From assembly GCA_951406725.2 (NCBI GenBank), contig OX597843.1, positions 868,001-932,000 on the forward strand: 64,000 nucleotides of DNA, given 5' to 3'. Source of the DNA: Octopus vulgaris (Eukaryota). The position numbers were made by a program, and so were the translations under genes. Below, piece by piece: positions 28,099 to 42,134 of this stretch (its first letter is position 1; every line of letters begins with the position of its first letter). The notes beneath the pieces are model-generated. The model was not told the origin of the DNA. It was given only the letters and a program-made list of their open reading frames with translations, and made no database searches.

Positions 28099-28107
28099 AC
28101 TTACCTG
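28099..28107 (-). promoter_or_regulatory. Consensus 5' splice site CAG|GTAAGT
   Basis: Plus strand acttacctg at 28099-28107, at the edge of the GC-rich block. Confidence 0.55.
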
Positions 28108-28110
28108 TGG

Positions 28111-28971
28111 TTATACGGCGCTGGCGATCATCATCATCATCATCATCATCATGGTAATAATAACAGTCGTGGTTGTAGTAATGATAATAATAGTAATCAA
28201 CATCGTCGTCGTCGTGATAGTCCTGGTGTTGTTGTTGTTGATGATGTGTTGTTGATTTTGATGGTGTTGGTGTTGGGGGTGGGGGTGGGGGTGGGGGTGA
28301 TGGTGTTGGTGGTGGTGGTGGTGATTGGAATGTTGAAGGAGGAGATGAAGAAGATGGTGACAGCGGTGAGGCTGATGCTGCTCACTACGATGTGGCTGAT
28401 GGTGATGGTGATGGTGTGGCTGGCGACGACGGGGTGGAGGATGATGAAGAGGAGGAGGAGGACAACGGTGATGAGGATGATGATGATGAGGATGAGGGTG
28501 AGGGTGGGGGTGAAGGTGATTTTGAAGGTGATGTTGGTGATGATGGTGGTGATGGTGGTGGTGATGGTGATGATGATGATGACGACGACGGCGACGGCGG
28601 CAGAGAAGGCGAAGAAGCAACCGCGGTAGATGGAGACGAAGAACTGGTGTCTGATGAGGAAATCCACACATTAGGCCCGACCCCGCGCTCAGAAACGCAT
28701 CCTTTTCGTCCCTGTCGACGACCCTACCCGCTTCCCTCGACGACGACGACGAAGACGACGATGATGATGATGATGATCCCGTATCCGTCACCACCATCGT
28801 CGCCGTCCTGTAGTGAAGACCTAGATCATCGCCGCCGTCACCCCTGACGCCGCCGCCGTCGTCGGCTTTAGTCCAGCACGTTAGCAATAACAACAATAAC
28901 GACAACAACAACGACGATAGACTGTTGTTACTGTAATTGTTTTGACTGTTGTAGTATGAACGAAAATACAT
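28111..28971 (-). CDS. Candidate first coding exon: signal-peptide-bearing, low-complexity (Ser/His/Pro-rich) protein; frame past ~28675 uncertain
   Basis: ATG at 28971 in A(-3) context; MYFRSYYNSQNNYSNNSLSSLLLSLLLLLLTCWTKA-DDGGG has a hydrophobic core and small-residue cleavage site; non-repetitive CpG-rich codons 28600-28980; perfect donor CAG|GTAAGT at 28105/28104. No homolog recognised. Confidence 0.4.
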   Translation of the reverse strand: MYFRSYYNSQNNYSNNSLSSLLLSLLLLLLTCWTKADDGGGVRGDGGDDLGLHYRTATMVVTDTGSSSSSSSSSSSSSREAGRVVDRDEKDAFLSAGSGLMCGFPHQTPVLRLHLPRLLLRLLCRRRRRRHHHHHHHHHHHHHHHQHHLQNHLHPHPHPHPHHHHPHHRCPPPPLHHPPPRRRQPHHHHHHQPHRSEQHQPHRCHHLLHLLLQHSNHHHHHQHHHPHPHPHPQHQHHQNQQHIINNNNTRTITTTTMLITIIIITTTTTVIITMMMMMMMMIASAV

Positions 28972-30292
28972 CCTTGTTTTTTTTGGGGGGGATTTTTTCA
29001 AATTCAAAAAAAAAATAAGGGCTGCCACGGTCCTTTTTATTATTAATATTATTATTTATATTACTATTATATATATATATTTTGTTCTTTTCCTTTCCGT
29101 TTAAGTACGGCTTCTTGTCGATGCCGAGTTCTTCCAACCAATTCTTCTTCCTTTTGCTGGTTTTGTTACAACAAGAGCGGCAGCCGATAGTAACGTCTCC
29201 CTCGCCACGACCATCACCTCCTTTCTCCTTCTTTCTCCTCTACTACGACTACGACTACTACTATTACTACTACTAGAGCTACAATAACACTGCTGCTGCT
29301 GCTGATGCTACAGTTGCTGTCGCCGCCGCCGCCGTCGGCCGCTGCTGCTGCTGCTGTTGTTATTACTACAGCTGCTGGTTCTGTTAGCGGTGGTTGTTAT
29401 TGTGATGGTGGTGGTGGTGATGGTGGTGTTGGGAGGGTGATGGTGGTGATGGTGATGGTGGTGGGGTGATGGTGATGGTGGTGTTGGGAGGGTGATAGTA
29501 ATTATGGTGGTGGTGGTGATGGTGATGGTGATGGTGGTGGTGATGGTGGTGTTGGGAGGGTGATGGTGATGGTGGTGTTGGGAGGGTGACGGTGGTGGTG
29601 ATGGTGATGGTGGCGGTGGTGTTGGGAAGGTGATGGTGACGGTGGTGTTGGGAGGGTGATAGTAATTATGGTGGTGGTGGTAGTGGAGGTCGTCGTCGTC
29701 GTCGTCGCCGTCGAGTTCGTATTGGTGACGGTGGTTGTGGAGGTGGTGATGTTGCTGCTGCTGCTGGTGCTGCTGCTGATAGTGTTTGTTACTGCTGTTA
29801 GTGCAACATACTGCCGACACCATCAGCATCAGCATCAGCATCATCACCAACACCACACACCTTACAGAGAGCGAGTACAGTGGCTCCTTCTCTGCAGCCC
29901 CCCCAACCTTCCCCCCCTCCGTTCCTCTTCATCATCGCCGTCGTCGTCCCTACCTCCACCGCCTCCGAGCCCATCAGCGGTGATAATGGTCGTGACGGCG
30001 GTAAGGGTGGCGGTGCCGGGTGAGGTGGGGTGGTGAGTGAGTGAGTGAGTGAGCGCTGGAATTGAGGCAATTTGCGATGTGTGTATGTATGTATGTATAT
30101 GTTAGCCACATAGATCGATAGATAGACAGATAGATAGATAGAGAGCCAGACAGACAGACAAACAGATAGATAGAGAGAGAGAGATTGAGAGATAGACAAA
30201 CAGGCAGGCAGACAGACAGAGAGATAGAGAGAGAGAGACAGACAGACAGACAGAAAGACAGATATATAGGTAGATAGATAGATAGATTGATG

Positions 30293-30358
<66 letters not shown>

Positions 30359-30419
30359 TAGAGAGATAGATAGAGAGATAGATAGATAGATTGATGGATA
30401 GATAGATAGATAGATAGAT

Positions 30420-30497
<78 letters not shown>

Positions 30498-30755
30498 GGA
30501 TAGGTAGATAAATAGATAGATAGACAGATAGATAAATAGATAGAGAGAGAGACAGACAGACAGATAGATGGATTTCTTTATTGGCCACGCAAAGCTAAAC
30601 ACAGAAGGGACAAAATACAAAGTAGAGCTTTTCTTTTTTGCGAAGAAGAGAAGGGGAAAAATAGATATTTAAACATGAGCCCTCATGTCCACACCTGCAG
30701 ACTACACTTTTATTTACCAACCGGCAGATTTCTCTCAGTATTTCTCGTCCAAACC

Positions 30756-30835
<80 letters not shown>

Positions 30836-31101
30836 GTCTATCTATCTATCTATCTATCATTCTGTCTGTCTGTCTATATATCTCTCTATCAATCTATCTA
30901 TCTATCTAGCTAGCTAGCTGTCTGTCTGTCTATCAGTCTATCTGTCTTTCTATGAAACTATATATCTATTTATCTTTGCTGACTATGTGTCTACCTATCT
31001 ACCTCTACCTACCTCCCTACCTACCTACTTACCTACCTACCTATCTACCTCTCCATCTATCGATATATATATAAGGCAAATAAGAAAATGGAGAGGACAA
31101 T

Positions 31102-31140
<39 letters not shown>

Positions 31141-31141
<1 letters not shown>

Positions 31142-31353
31142 TTTATTTTAAGCAGCAGAAAATTCAACAAAATCTGACTCTGAGTTTCTCGTTGCCGTTC
31201 ATCAGAGCAAAAACTGTCTGATGAACGGCAACGAGAAACTCAGAGTAACAGATTTTGTTGAATTTTCTGCTGCTTAAAATAAAGCATATTACTCTACCAC
31301 TGGTATTTGAGTACTCTTTTTCCACCTTGTTTCACATTTATGTGTTTACTCCG

Positions 31354-31356
<3 letters not shown>
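31141..31356 (+). mobile_element. Fold-back pLTR-like element with hammerhead-like motif (31213-31246); relatives at 3810-3925, 27565-27655, 50040-50195
   Basis: Arms 31141-31206 / 31217-31284 are near-perfect inverted repeats; actgt-CTGATGA-acg(gcaa)cga-GAAA-c-TC-agagt; flanked by (TA)n on both sides. Confidence 0.7.
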
Positions 31357-31422
<66 letters not shown>

Positions 31423-31479
31423 TACATACATACATACATACATACGTACATACATACATATATACATATAGATATATAG

Positions 31480-31532
<53 letters not shown>

Positions 31533-31607
31533 CATACATATATACATATATATATATACATATACATATATATATATATATATATACATACATACATACG
31601 TACATAC

Positions 31608-31671
<64 letters not shown>

Positions 31672-31937
31672 TGCCCATCTATCTACCTACTTCTTTGTTT
31701 ACCTGTCTGTCTATCTACCTCTCTTTCTCTCTTTATCTATCTACTTGTCTATGCTGTCTATCGATCTATCCATCCATCTATCTATCTATCTATTTATCTA
31801 CCTATCTATCTATCTATCTGTCTGTCTATCTATCTATCTATCCATCTACCTATCTATCTATCTATCCATCTACCTATCTATCTATCTATCTATCTATCGA
31901 TCCATCTACCAATCTATCTATCTATCTATCCATCTAC

Positions 31938-31968
<31 letters not shown>

Positions 31969-32386
31969 CCTATCTATCTATCTACCTATCTACCTACCTA
32001 CCTACCTACTTCTTTGTCTATCTGTCTATCGATCTATCCAACCATCCAACCATCTATCTATCTGTCTCTCTCTATCTATCTATCTATCTATCTACCTATC
32101 TATCTACCTACCTATCTACCTTCCTTCCGTTCTTGCATCTTTCAGTCATTAACACTGCAAGCCAAGCTCCGGCACCGTTTTTCAAGGGTTTTCCTACCAT
32201 CGTATCGAACCTCCCGACCATCACACAACTACATCACCTCAACGCGAGTATTTTATTGCAGTCTGGCACTTAGTTTATCGATCTCAAATTATTGAACAGC
32301 TAATATTACGGGACATAAAGTGACAATGTAAACACGGAAGGCACACACGCACGCACGCCCACCTAATATGTAGTTATACGGCGTGC

Positions 32387-32433
<47 letters not shown>

Positions 32434-33452
32434 CGTGTGTAAGTGTATGTGTGTGTGTGTATGTGTAAGCGTTTGTGTGTGTGTGTGTGAGCGTATGTGT
32501 GTGTGCATGTGTGTGTGTAAGAGTATATGTGTGTGCGTGTGTATGTGTGTGTTCGTGTGTGTGTGTGTGTGTGTGTGTGTAAGCGTATGTGTGTGTCCGT
32601 GTGTGTGTGTGTAAGCGTATGTGTGTTCGTGTGTGTGTGTAAGCGTATGTGTGTGTGTGCGTGTGTATGTACGCGTGCGTGCGTAGATGTATATATATAT
32701 ATACAAATATATTATATATGTATATATGTCTGTGTGTGTGCATGTGTGTATATATATATACACACACACATTATACAGACAGACGGACAGATAGATAGAT
32801 AGATAGATGAAAGAAGACGGTCGCGCACATGTATGTGTGTGTCTGTGTGAGTCTGTGCGTGTCTGTGTCTGTATTTATCCTCTACCTTTGCTTGATAATC
32901 GGTGTTGGTGTGTTTACGTCTCTGTGAGATTAGCAGTTCATCAAAACAGACCGATAGAATAAGTACTAGGTTTAAATAAAAAGGAAAAAAAGTCGATTTG
33001 TTGGACTGAAATTCTCCAAGTCACTGCCCCAGCATGACCGCAGTCTAATGACTGAAGCAAGTAAAAGATGCATATTTATATATATATATATATATATATG
33101 CGTGTGTGTGTCAGCCTTCCGCACAGTTTCCGCAAGTGAACTGGAGGACACCCGCCCTAAGTACCACGCAGTGGAATGGGCCGCGGATATCGTGTTATTG
33201 CAGCGCAATCTCTTAAGCTGAGAGCGTTGTGTGTGTGTATATATATGTGTGTGTGTGCGTGTGTGTGTGTGTATGTGAGAGAGAGAGAGGCAGAGAAAGG
33301 AAGAAAGAGAAAAAGAAAGAAAGAAGGAAAGAAATAGTGCGTATGTGTGTATATACATGTACATACACCCTAGTACACACATCTTTACTGTTCAAAACGG
33401 AAGAATAGCGTACTCGATACAAGATGGAGAGCTATACGTAGGTAGATTGATT

Positions 33453-33553
<101 letters not shown>

Positions 33554-33558
33554 GTAGG

Positions 33559-33605
<47 letters not shown>

Positions 33606-33610
33606 GTAGG

Positions 33611-33688
<78 letters not shown>

Positions 33689-33920
33689 TAGATAGACAGA
33701 GAGGGAGAGAGGGGGTGACAGAGAGAGAGAAATAGATTATATATAAATATGTATGGAGTGAGAGAAGAGAGATACATACATACATACATACATACATACA
33801 TACATACATACATACATACATACATACATACATACATACGTACATACATACATACGTACGAGGATCGAGCATTCGGTGTTACTATATTTGTTCCGACGCA
33901 GTGTGTTCGGAGTTCAAATT

Positions 33921-33980
33921 CCGACCGTGGTCGAGACAATGGAATTTACCATGCTACGCCAGATTTCACGGTCTATCACT
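33921..33980 (-). mobile_element. Short 3'-end fragment of the LINE found at 52351-53085
   Basis: cgaccgtggtcgagacaatggaatttaccatgct..gccaga.ttcacggtc is the reverse complement of 53020-53073. Confidence 0.85.
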
Positions 33981-34084
33981 GATGGATGGGGAAGGTCTGC
34001 TGAAACAAAGTACCTTCTCGTACTTCAGCTGTTGCAACCCAGCATATTCGGCTGGGACAAGTAACCAAGCCATACATATATATA

Positions 34085-34403
34085 AATATATCATCATCAT
34101 CATCCGCTCGTAAAAGCACCATCTGCTCGTGTCCGTTACCAGCCTCGCCTGGCCCCCGTGCCGGTAGCACGTAAAAACACCATCCGTTCGTGGCCGTTTG
34201 CCAGCCTCATCCGGCACCTGTGCAGGTGGGACGTAAAAAGCACCCACTACACTCACAGAGTGGTTGGCGTTAAGAAGGGCATCCAGCCATAGAAACACTG
34301 CCAAATCCTGACTGGGCCTGATGAAGCCTCCCAGCTTCACAGACCCCAGTTAAACCGTCCAACCCATGCTAGCATGGAAAACGGACGCTAAATGATGATG
34401 ATG

Positions 34404-34405
<2 letters not shown>
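34085..34405 (+). mobile_element. RTE 3'-UTR fragment (family C); other copies 42480-42905(+), 54418-54570(-), 59785-60040(+), 62085-62475(+)
   Basis: Shared gtggcacgtaaaaagcacc repeats and terminal catgctagcatggaaaacggacg(c/t)taaa(c)gatgatgat. Confidence 0.9.
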
Positions 34406-34485
<80 letters not shown>

Positions 34486-34499
34486 TTTCTTTTCTTTCT

Positions 34500-34699
34500 T
34501 TTTACTTGTTTGACTGCGGCCATGCTGGAGCACCGCCTTTAGTCGAGCAAATCGACCCCGGGACTTATTCTTTGTAAGCCCAGTACTTATTCTATCCGTC
34601 TCTTTTGCCGAACCGTTAAGTAACGGGGACGTAAACACACCAGCATCGGTTGTCAAGCAATGCTAGGGGGACAAACACAGACACACAAACACACACACG

Positions 34700-34786
<87 letters not shown>

Positions 34787-34938
34787 GACAGGCTTCTTTC
34801 AGTTTCCGTCTACCAAATCCACTCACAAGGCATTGGTCGGCCTGACGCTATAGCAGAAGACACTTGCCCAAGATGCCACGCAGTGGGACTGAACCCGGAA
34901 CCATGTGGTTGGTTAGCAAGCTACTTACCACACAGCCA
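34500..34938 (-). mobile_element. SINE family A (young, CpG-intact); similar minus-strand copies 37535-37984, 41665-42091, 49170-49587
   Basis: Near-identical to family-A consensus with central (CA)n(TA)n. Confidence 0.93.
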
Positions 34939-34942
34939 TCAG

Positions 34943-35152
34943 TGGGTTCTGGGAAGTTCCTGGTTTTAAGGGTTGCGTGGAAAGCCTGACTGGAGGCCCA
35001 ACTTTCCGAGTTCTTTTACAGTAACAGGGCTTTGAACGACTGGAGAACCGCTGCAATAAGTGTGTGAATCTGAGAGAGGAATATGTTGAATAAAATCATA
35101 ATTAACTGATCCTCCTGTATTTTATTTTACCGAAAGCCAAGAACTTTTCCCC
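34943..35152 (+). mobile_element. Internally deleted mariner element
   Basis: Encodes GFERLENRCNKCVNLREEYVE* (mariner C-terminal motif); imperfect TIRs aagttcctggtttt / aaagccaagaactt. Confidence 0.8.
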
Positions 35153-35560
35153 AGGAGTGGCTGTGTGGTAAGTAGCTTGTTTACCAACCACATGGTTCCG
35201 GGTTCAGTCCCACTGCGTGGCATCTTGGGTAAGTGTCTTCTGCTATAGCCTCGGGCCGACCAATGCCTTGTGAGTGGATTTGGTAGACGGAAACTGAAAA
35301 GAAGCCTGTCGTATATATGTATATATATATGTGTGTGTGTGTGTGTGTATGTTTGTGTGTCTGTGTTTGTCCCCCTAGCATCGCTTGACAACCGATGCTG
35401 GTGTGTTTACGTCCCCGTCACTTAGCGGTTCGGCAAAAAAGAGACCGATAGAATAAGTACTGGGCTTACAAAGAATAAGTCCCGGGGTCGAGTTGCTCGA
35501 TTAAAGGCGGTGCTCCAGCATGGCCGCAGTCAAATGACTGAAACAAGTAAAAGAGAAAGA
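35153..35560 (+). mobile_element. SINE family A (young); similar plus-strand copy 55111-55545
   Basis: Head caggagtggctgtgtggtaag through tail gactgaaacaagtaaaagag. Confidence 0.93.
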
Positions 35561-35934
35561 GAGAGATACCCTCGTATCCAAACCGTATACTCACACACAC
35601 ACACACATACATATATACAGGTATCTCGTTCGTTTCGGAGGCATATCTGACAGAACTTGCTGTAAAGCGGGGTTCCGTAACGTGAAACGGGGTATTTACA
35701 CACTGGTGGGGGTGAGGTGGGGGGTCTGCGAGTGCCAAACTCACCGGATAAGTGGATTCCGCGTAACAGAATTCCACGTCAGAGCGAAATCTCAGGGAAC
35801 CGAACGCTTCCGAAATCTGGGTGATGCCCGTGTATGTATGACGGATAGATAGACTGACAGACAGACAGATTTACACACATGTATGTAAATACATATATAT
35901 ATTTATACACACACACACACACGCACACACATAT

Positions 35935-36295
35935 GTATTTCGTCTGTCGTTACGTTCTGAGTTCAAATTCCGCCGAGGTCGACTTTGCCTTTCATCCTTT
36001 CGGGGTCGATTAAATAAGTACCAGTTATGCACTGGAGTCGATGTAATCGACTTAATCCCTTTGTCCTTGTTTGTCCCCTCAGTGTTTAGCCCCTTGTGGG
36101 TAGTAAAGAAATAGGTATTTTGTCTGCCGCTACGTTCTGAGTTCAAATTCCGCCGAGGTCGACTTTGCCTTTCATCCTTTTGGGGTCGATTAAATAAGTA
36201 CCAGTTACGCACTGGGGTCGATGTAATCGACTTAATCCCTTTGTCTGTCCTTGTTTGTCCCCTCTGTGTTTAGCCCCTTGTGGGTAGTAAAGAAA
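35935..36295 (+). mobile_element. Concatemeric SINE B dimer (long-tail form, headless)
   Basis: Two units joined at aaagaaatag|gtattt (about 36114). Confidence 0.92.
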
Positions 36296-36578
36296 TATAT
36301 ATACATACATAACTAAACGGTATAGCATAAACACACACACATATTTATACCCGTAGGTATTTAGTTAAGTTCGATGAGAAATGCTGCCCCACGAGGGTAA
36401 TTTTTTTTTTTTTTTTTTTTTTTGTAGGTGTGATTCAGAATCGAACATTTCGATTTATTGATGAGATAAAAGTTTATCACAATTCAATCGTTTCTCATTC
36501 CCCATTATCCATCATCATCTAAGCCAAATTACCGATTATCGAAGCTGAGGGCTACTTATTTACGTGTAAACACGTGTG

Positions 36579-36612
<34 letters not shown>

Positions 36613-36806
36613 GAAAATAGGGGAGAGAGAGAGAGAGAGATGCGTGTCTGTATGTATGGTGCATCTGGGCAGATACACAGACACACGCACAGCTGCGCAC
36701 ACACGCATTTGTGCGAACACAGGCAGAGAAAAGGGGTGAGAGTGAGAGAGAAAGAGACAGATAGGTAGATAGATAGAGAGATAGAGAGATAGATAGAGAG
36801 AGAGGC

Positions 36807-36907
<101 letters not shown>

Positions 36908-36932
36908 TAGATAGATAGATAGATAGATAGAG

Positions 36933-36979
<47 letters not shown>

Positions 36980-36980
36980 G

Positions 36981-37065
<85 letters not shown>

Positions 37066-37759
37066 CAGGCAGGCAGGCAGGCAGACAGACAGTCAGACAG
37101 ATAGATAGATATAAACAGAGTTACGGTTGGGTAAGTTATCTACTGGGGTGGTCAAATGTGGACTGCTAAACGAATATGTTAATGCGGTCAAAAATCCCTG
37201 TGTGAAAATTGTCGTTCAAACAAAATGCTTGCTTTTGATAAACCGGCTTTTGCGTGGTGTATATAATATGATGTATACAAGGGTGTATATATAATGTGAT
37301 GTCTAGACAAACAGATAGCCAATAGACAGATCACCACACACCATTATACGCGTTAGTGTGGTGTATATAATCTGATGTATATGTGGTGTATATGTGTATA
37401 TATAATGCTGTGTGTGGTGTATAGTATTGTGTATATGTTTTAATTGTTTTTGTTTAACCCAGGGCTAGCTCTGACCTAGTATATCTATGATCAAAGACGC
37501 TTCATTCGTGGCGATCCTGCTTTTTTCTTTTATTCTTTTACTTGTTTCGGTCATTTGACTGCGGCCATGCTGGAGCACCGCCTTTAGTGGAGCAAATCGA
37601 CCCCGGGCGGGACTTATTCTTTTGCAAGCCCAGTACTTATTCTATCGGGCTCTTTTTTGCCGAACCGCTAAGTGGCGGGGACGTAAACACACCAGCATCG
37701 GTTGTCTACAAATCCAATGCTAGGGGCAGGCTACAAACACACACACACAAACACACACA

Positions 37760-37815
<56 letters not shown>

Positions 37816-38415
37816 CATATATACGATGGGCTTCTTTCAGTTCCGTCAATCCAAATCCACTCACAAGGCTTTGGTCGGCCCGAGGCTATAGCAGAAGACA
37901 CTTGCCCAAGGTGCCACGCAGTGGGACTGAACCCGGAACCATGTGGTTGGTAAGCAAGCTACTTACCACACAGCCACTCCTGCTTTCTGTATTATTATTA
38001 TTATTTTTTTTTTTACAGAATGTGGAAGACTAACTCCCGTAAAGGGTCCGTCTCTTTTTCCCCCCAAGACAGTAGGCTGTGATTTATGGGAGGTTTAGCT
38101 GCTTTTTCTAGCAAGCGGGGATGGTCTAACGTCGACCGAATTACACTGGTGCTCCCGGCAATTAGCGTGTTATGCATTATGTAGTGTGTATGTATGTACA
38201 TAGTCGTGTGTGAATGTGTGTGTGTCTGTTTGTGTGTATAGTCGTGTGTGTATGTATGTGTGTGTTTGAGTGTAGAGACGTGTATGTGTATATATTGCAT
38301 CTCGGACAAGTCTCTTTTCCTTTGACTTCGGATTTGATAGAAGGAAACTGAAAGAAGCCCGTTGTATGTATGTGTGTGTGCGTATATATATATATATATA
38401 TATATGAGTGTATAC

Positions 38416-38480
<65 letters not shown>

Positions 38481-38967
38481 CATTCCCACCTCGCTTGTGT
38501 AATGTCCCTGTAACTTAGCGGTTCAGCAAAAAATAAGTCGGATAGAATAAGGATCAGACTTTACAAAAGAATAAGTACTTAAGATGATTCGTTCGACTGA
38601 AATTCAAGGCTTGCTCCAGCATTGCCACATTCGAATGACTGGGAAAAGTAAAAGATAGGAGATTTTATACAGTGGTGTATGTGTGTGTGTGGGGTGTATA
38701 TAGAATGTGGAGAAGTGTTTGGTGTACGATGTGTGTGTAGTATTTGATGCATAACTTTATGTGTGTGTGTGTGTGTATGTGTGATTGGTGTATGACATGT
38801 GTGTGTGTGTGATTGGTGTATGACGTGTGTGTGTGTAGTATTTGATGCATAACTTTATGTGTGTGTGTGTGTGAGTGATTGGTGTATGACATGTGTGTGT
38901 GTGTGATTGGTGTATGACATGTGTGTGTGTGTGATTGGTGTATGACATGTGTGTGTGTGTGTGATTG

Positions 38968-39005
<38 letters not shown>

Positions 39006-40339
39006 TTGGTGTATGACATGTGTGTGTGTGTGTGATTGGTGTATGACGTGTGTGTGTGTGTGTGATTGGTGTATGACGTGTGTGTGTGTGTGATTGTTGT
39101 ATGGCATGTGTGCGTGCGTGTGTGTGTGATTTGTGTATGACATGTGGGTCTGTGTGTGATTGGTGTATGACGTGTGTGTGTGTGTGATTGGTGTATGACA
39201 TGTGTGTGTGATTGGTGTATGACGTGTGTGATTGGTGTATGACGTGTGTGTGTGTGTGATTGGTGTATGACATGTGTGTGTGTGATTGGTGTATGACGTG
39301 TGTGTGTGTGTGTGTGTGTGATTGGTGTATGACATGTGTGTGTGTGTGTGTGATTGGTGTATGGCATGTGTGTGTGTGTGAATGGTGTATGACATGTGTG
39401 TGATTGGTGTATGACATGTGTGCGTGTGTGTGTAGTATTTGATGCATAACTTTATGTATGTGTTGTGTGTGTGTGTGTGTGTAGTGTGAATTCTCTTACC
39501 GTTTTTTTTTTTTTTTTTTTGCCTCAGGTCAGCTCCGAGATCAAAAATATTCCGGCCGAGCTGTTTGTTCACATTTGTATTCTTAACACTACTTTATCCG
39601 ATAAATCTTTCCCTCCGCTCATTTAAAGACGATAAAGTGTGTGAGCGGAGGAAAATTTGGCTGCTATTTCTAACAGACCAGGTCAGCTCTATAATCAAAC
39701 CGACTGACCTAATCAAAGATGTTCCAGCCGTGACGATCCCATTCAATATATGAAGCCAGAACTGCATTATCGAATGCATTTTAACCCTTTCTGAAAACAG
39801 ACGATTGGATATGGCGGGATTTTTCCCTTTTTTTCTTTTTTCTTTTGGCGGGAGGATTTTTGGCTGTTACCTCTAGCAAGCGGAGTGTCCCGGTGGTAAT
39901 GAATGTGGTGGTGGTGGTGGTGGTGGTGGTGGTGATGGTGATGGTGGTTGTGGTGGTGGTGGTGGTGGTGGTGGTGATGGGTGGTTGTGGTGGTGGTGGT
40001 GGTGGTGGTGGTGGTGGTATGGTGGTGGTTGTGGTGGTGGTAGTGGTTTTGGAGGTGGTGGTGGTTGGTAGTAGTGGTGGTGGTGGTGGTGGTGGTGGTG
40101 GTGGTGGTGGTGATGGTGGTGGTGGTGGTGGTGTTAGTAGTGGTGGTGATGGTTAGTGGTGGTGATGGTGGTGGTGGTGGTGGTGGTGGTGGTGATGATG
40201 GTGGTGGTGGTGATGGTGGTGGTGGTGGTGGTGATGGTGATGGTGATGGTGGTGGTGATGGTGGTGATGGTGGTGTGGCGGGGATATGCTGGTGTATATG
40301 TGTGTGTATTTATTTGCGTATGTGTGACTGTGCGCGTGG

Positions 40340-41315
40340 TAGAGAGAGAGAGGGATAGGGAGAGGAAAAGGTGAGGGGGAAGCATCACAGAGTGAGAGAA
40401 GGAGGAAGGGCGATTTTCGTGAGGGGGGAGGGAGAACAGGAGGAAGATGTAGAAATTTAAAAGGTGAAGAAAAAAAGGATAAAGAAGAAGGAAGAAGAAA
40501 CACGGGTAAGAAAATAGGGAGGGGGAAGGTTGAAGAGAGAAGAGGGAAAACACTGTGGTGATGGTGAGAGGAGTTTTAGTGAAAGGAATAGAGTAGGATT
40601 TGAAAGGGAGAGGGAAAAAAGTCTAAAACGGGAGGTAGGGAAGGAAGAGGAAGAGAAAAATAGGGTGGGAGCAATAGAAACAGAGAGAGGGAGAAGGAAG
40701 AAAAACATCAGTGAAGAGAGGGGAAGGAGAGAGTGAAAGGAACAGAGTAAGACTTGGTAGGGAGAAAAATAAAAATGATTAGAAAGGAAATGAAAGATGT
40801 AAGAGGGAGAGAGAACGCGAAGGGATTTGAAGAGAGAGGAAGAGAGAGAAAGTAAGAATATAGTGTGGGAGAGATAGAAAGGGAATAGTTTGAAAGGAAC
40901 AGGGTAAAAGTTTATAGAGAGGGGGAATAAAAATCTGATACAAAGGAATGCCGGGGAAAGAGAAAGTGAAAACAGAGAGGAGGAGAGTGAGAAGTTAAGG
41001 GAACAGAGAGGGAAACAACGATGGTGTGAAGGGGAGAGAAACAGGGTAAAGGAAGTAGATAGAAAGCATAGTGAGGGAGAGGATATTGGTGGAAAGAGAG
41101 AGTAAGACTGCAATGTGGTGGAGGAGAGAGTAAACAGAGGGAGGGGAAAGGAAAAGAGTAAGATTTGGTAGAGAGGAGGTGAGAGTGAAATTAAAAAAGA
41201 TAGAAATATTAAGAGAAAGAGATGAAAAACGAAGCAAAAAGAGAAAGTAAGACAAGGAGAGAGGGGGAGAAATTATGTAGGGGGGGAAACAAAGAAGGGG
41301 AGAAAGTGAAAAATA
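40340..41315 (+). repeat. ~1-kb non-tandem polypurine (A/G) low-complexity tract
   Basis: Plus strand overwhelmingly A and G with no fixed period. Confidence 0.9.
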
Positions 41316-41883
41316 GCGATGGATTCATGTATGTATGTATGTGTGTGTGCGTGCGTGTGTGTGAATGCGTGCGTGCGCGTGTGTGTGTGTGTGTGTGTGT
41401 GTAGTGGTCTTACGTGTTCCTTCGTCGGTTGCGACGATGATAATATGAAAATCGTTTTTTCACCTGTTTGATCAAATGAATTGACAGGTGGGGAGAATGT
41501 ATGCAGTGTAAATGAATGATTGCTCTCACAGACACACCGGGTAACTTTTTAATGTAATTAAATAACTCTCTGGGAATATATATATACAGCTATTTATGAC
41601 TCGAAGGCAGAGAGTTCCGTTCAGTTTAATAAGTGCCCCATTGGAGCTCACGGCAACTCTCTCTTTTTCTCTCTTTTACTTGTTTCAGTCATTTGACTGC
41701 GGCCATGCTGGAGCACCGCCTTTAGTCGAGCAAATCGACCCCGGAACTTATTCTTTGTAAGCCCAGTACTTATTCTATCGGTCTCTTTGGCCGAACCGCT
41801 AAGTGACGGGGACGTAAACACACCAGCATCGGTTGTCAGGCAATGCTAGGGGGACAAACACAGACACACAAACACACACACAA

Positions 41884-41930
<47 letters not shown>

Positions 41931-42099
41931 TACGACAGGCTTCTTTCAGTTTCCGTCTACCAAATCCACTCACAAGGCTTTGGTCAGTCCGAGGCTATAG
42001 CAGAAGACACTTGCCCAAGATGCCACGCAGTGGGACTGAACCCGGAACCATGTGGTTGGTTAGCAAGCTACTTACCACACAGCCACTCCTGAGTCACTT

Positions 42100-42134
<35 letters not shown>

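Noticed and set aside
36400-36430. Poly-T + TAG splice acceptor on the plus strand
   Set aside because: No sustained ORF or donor follows; likely a chance poly-T tract.
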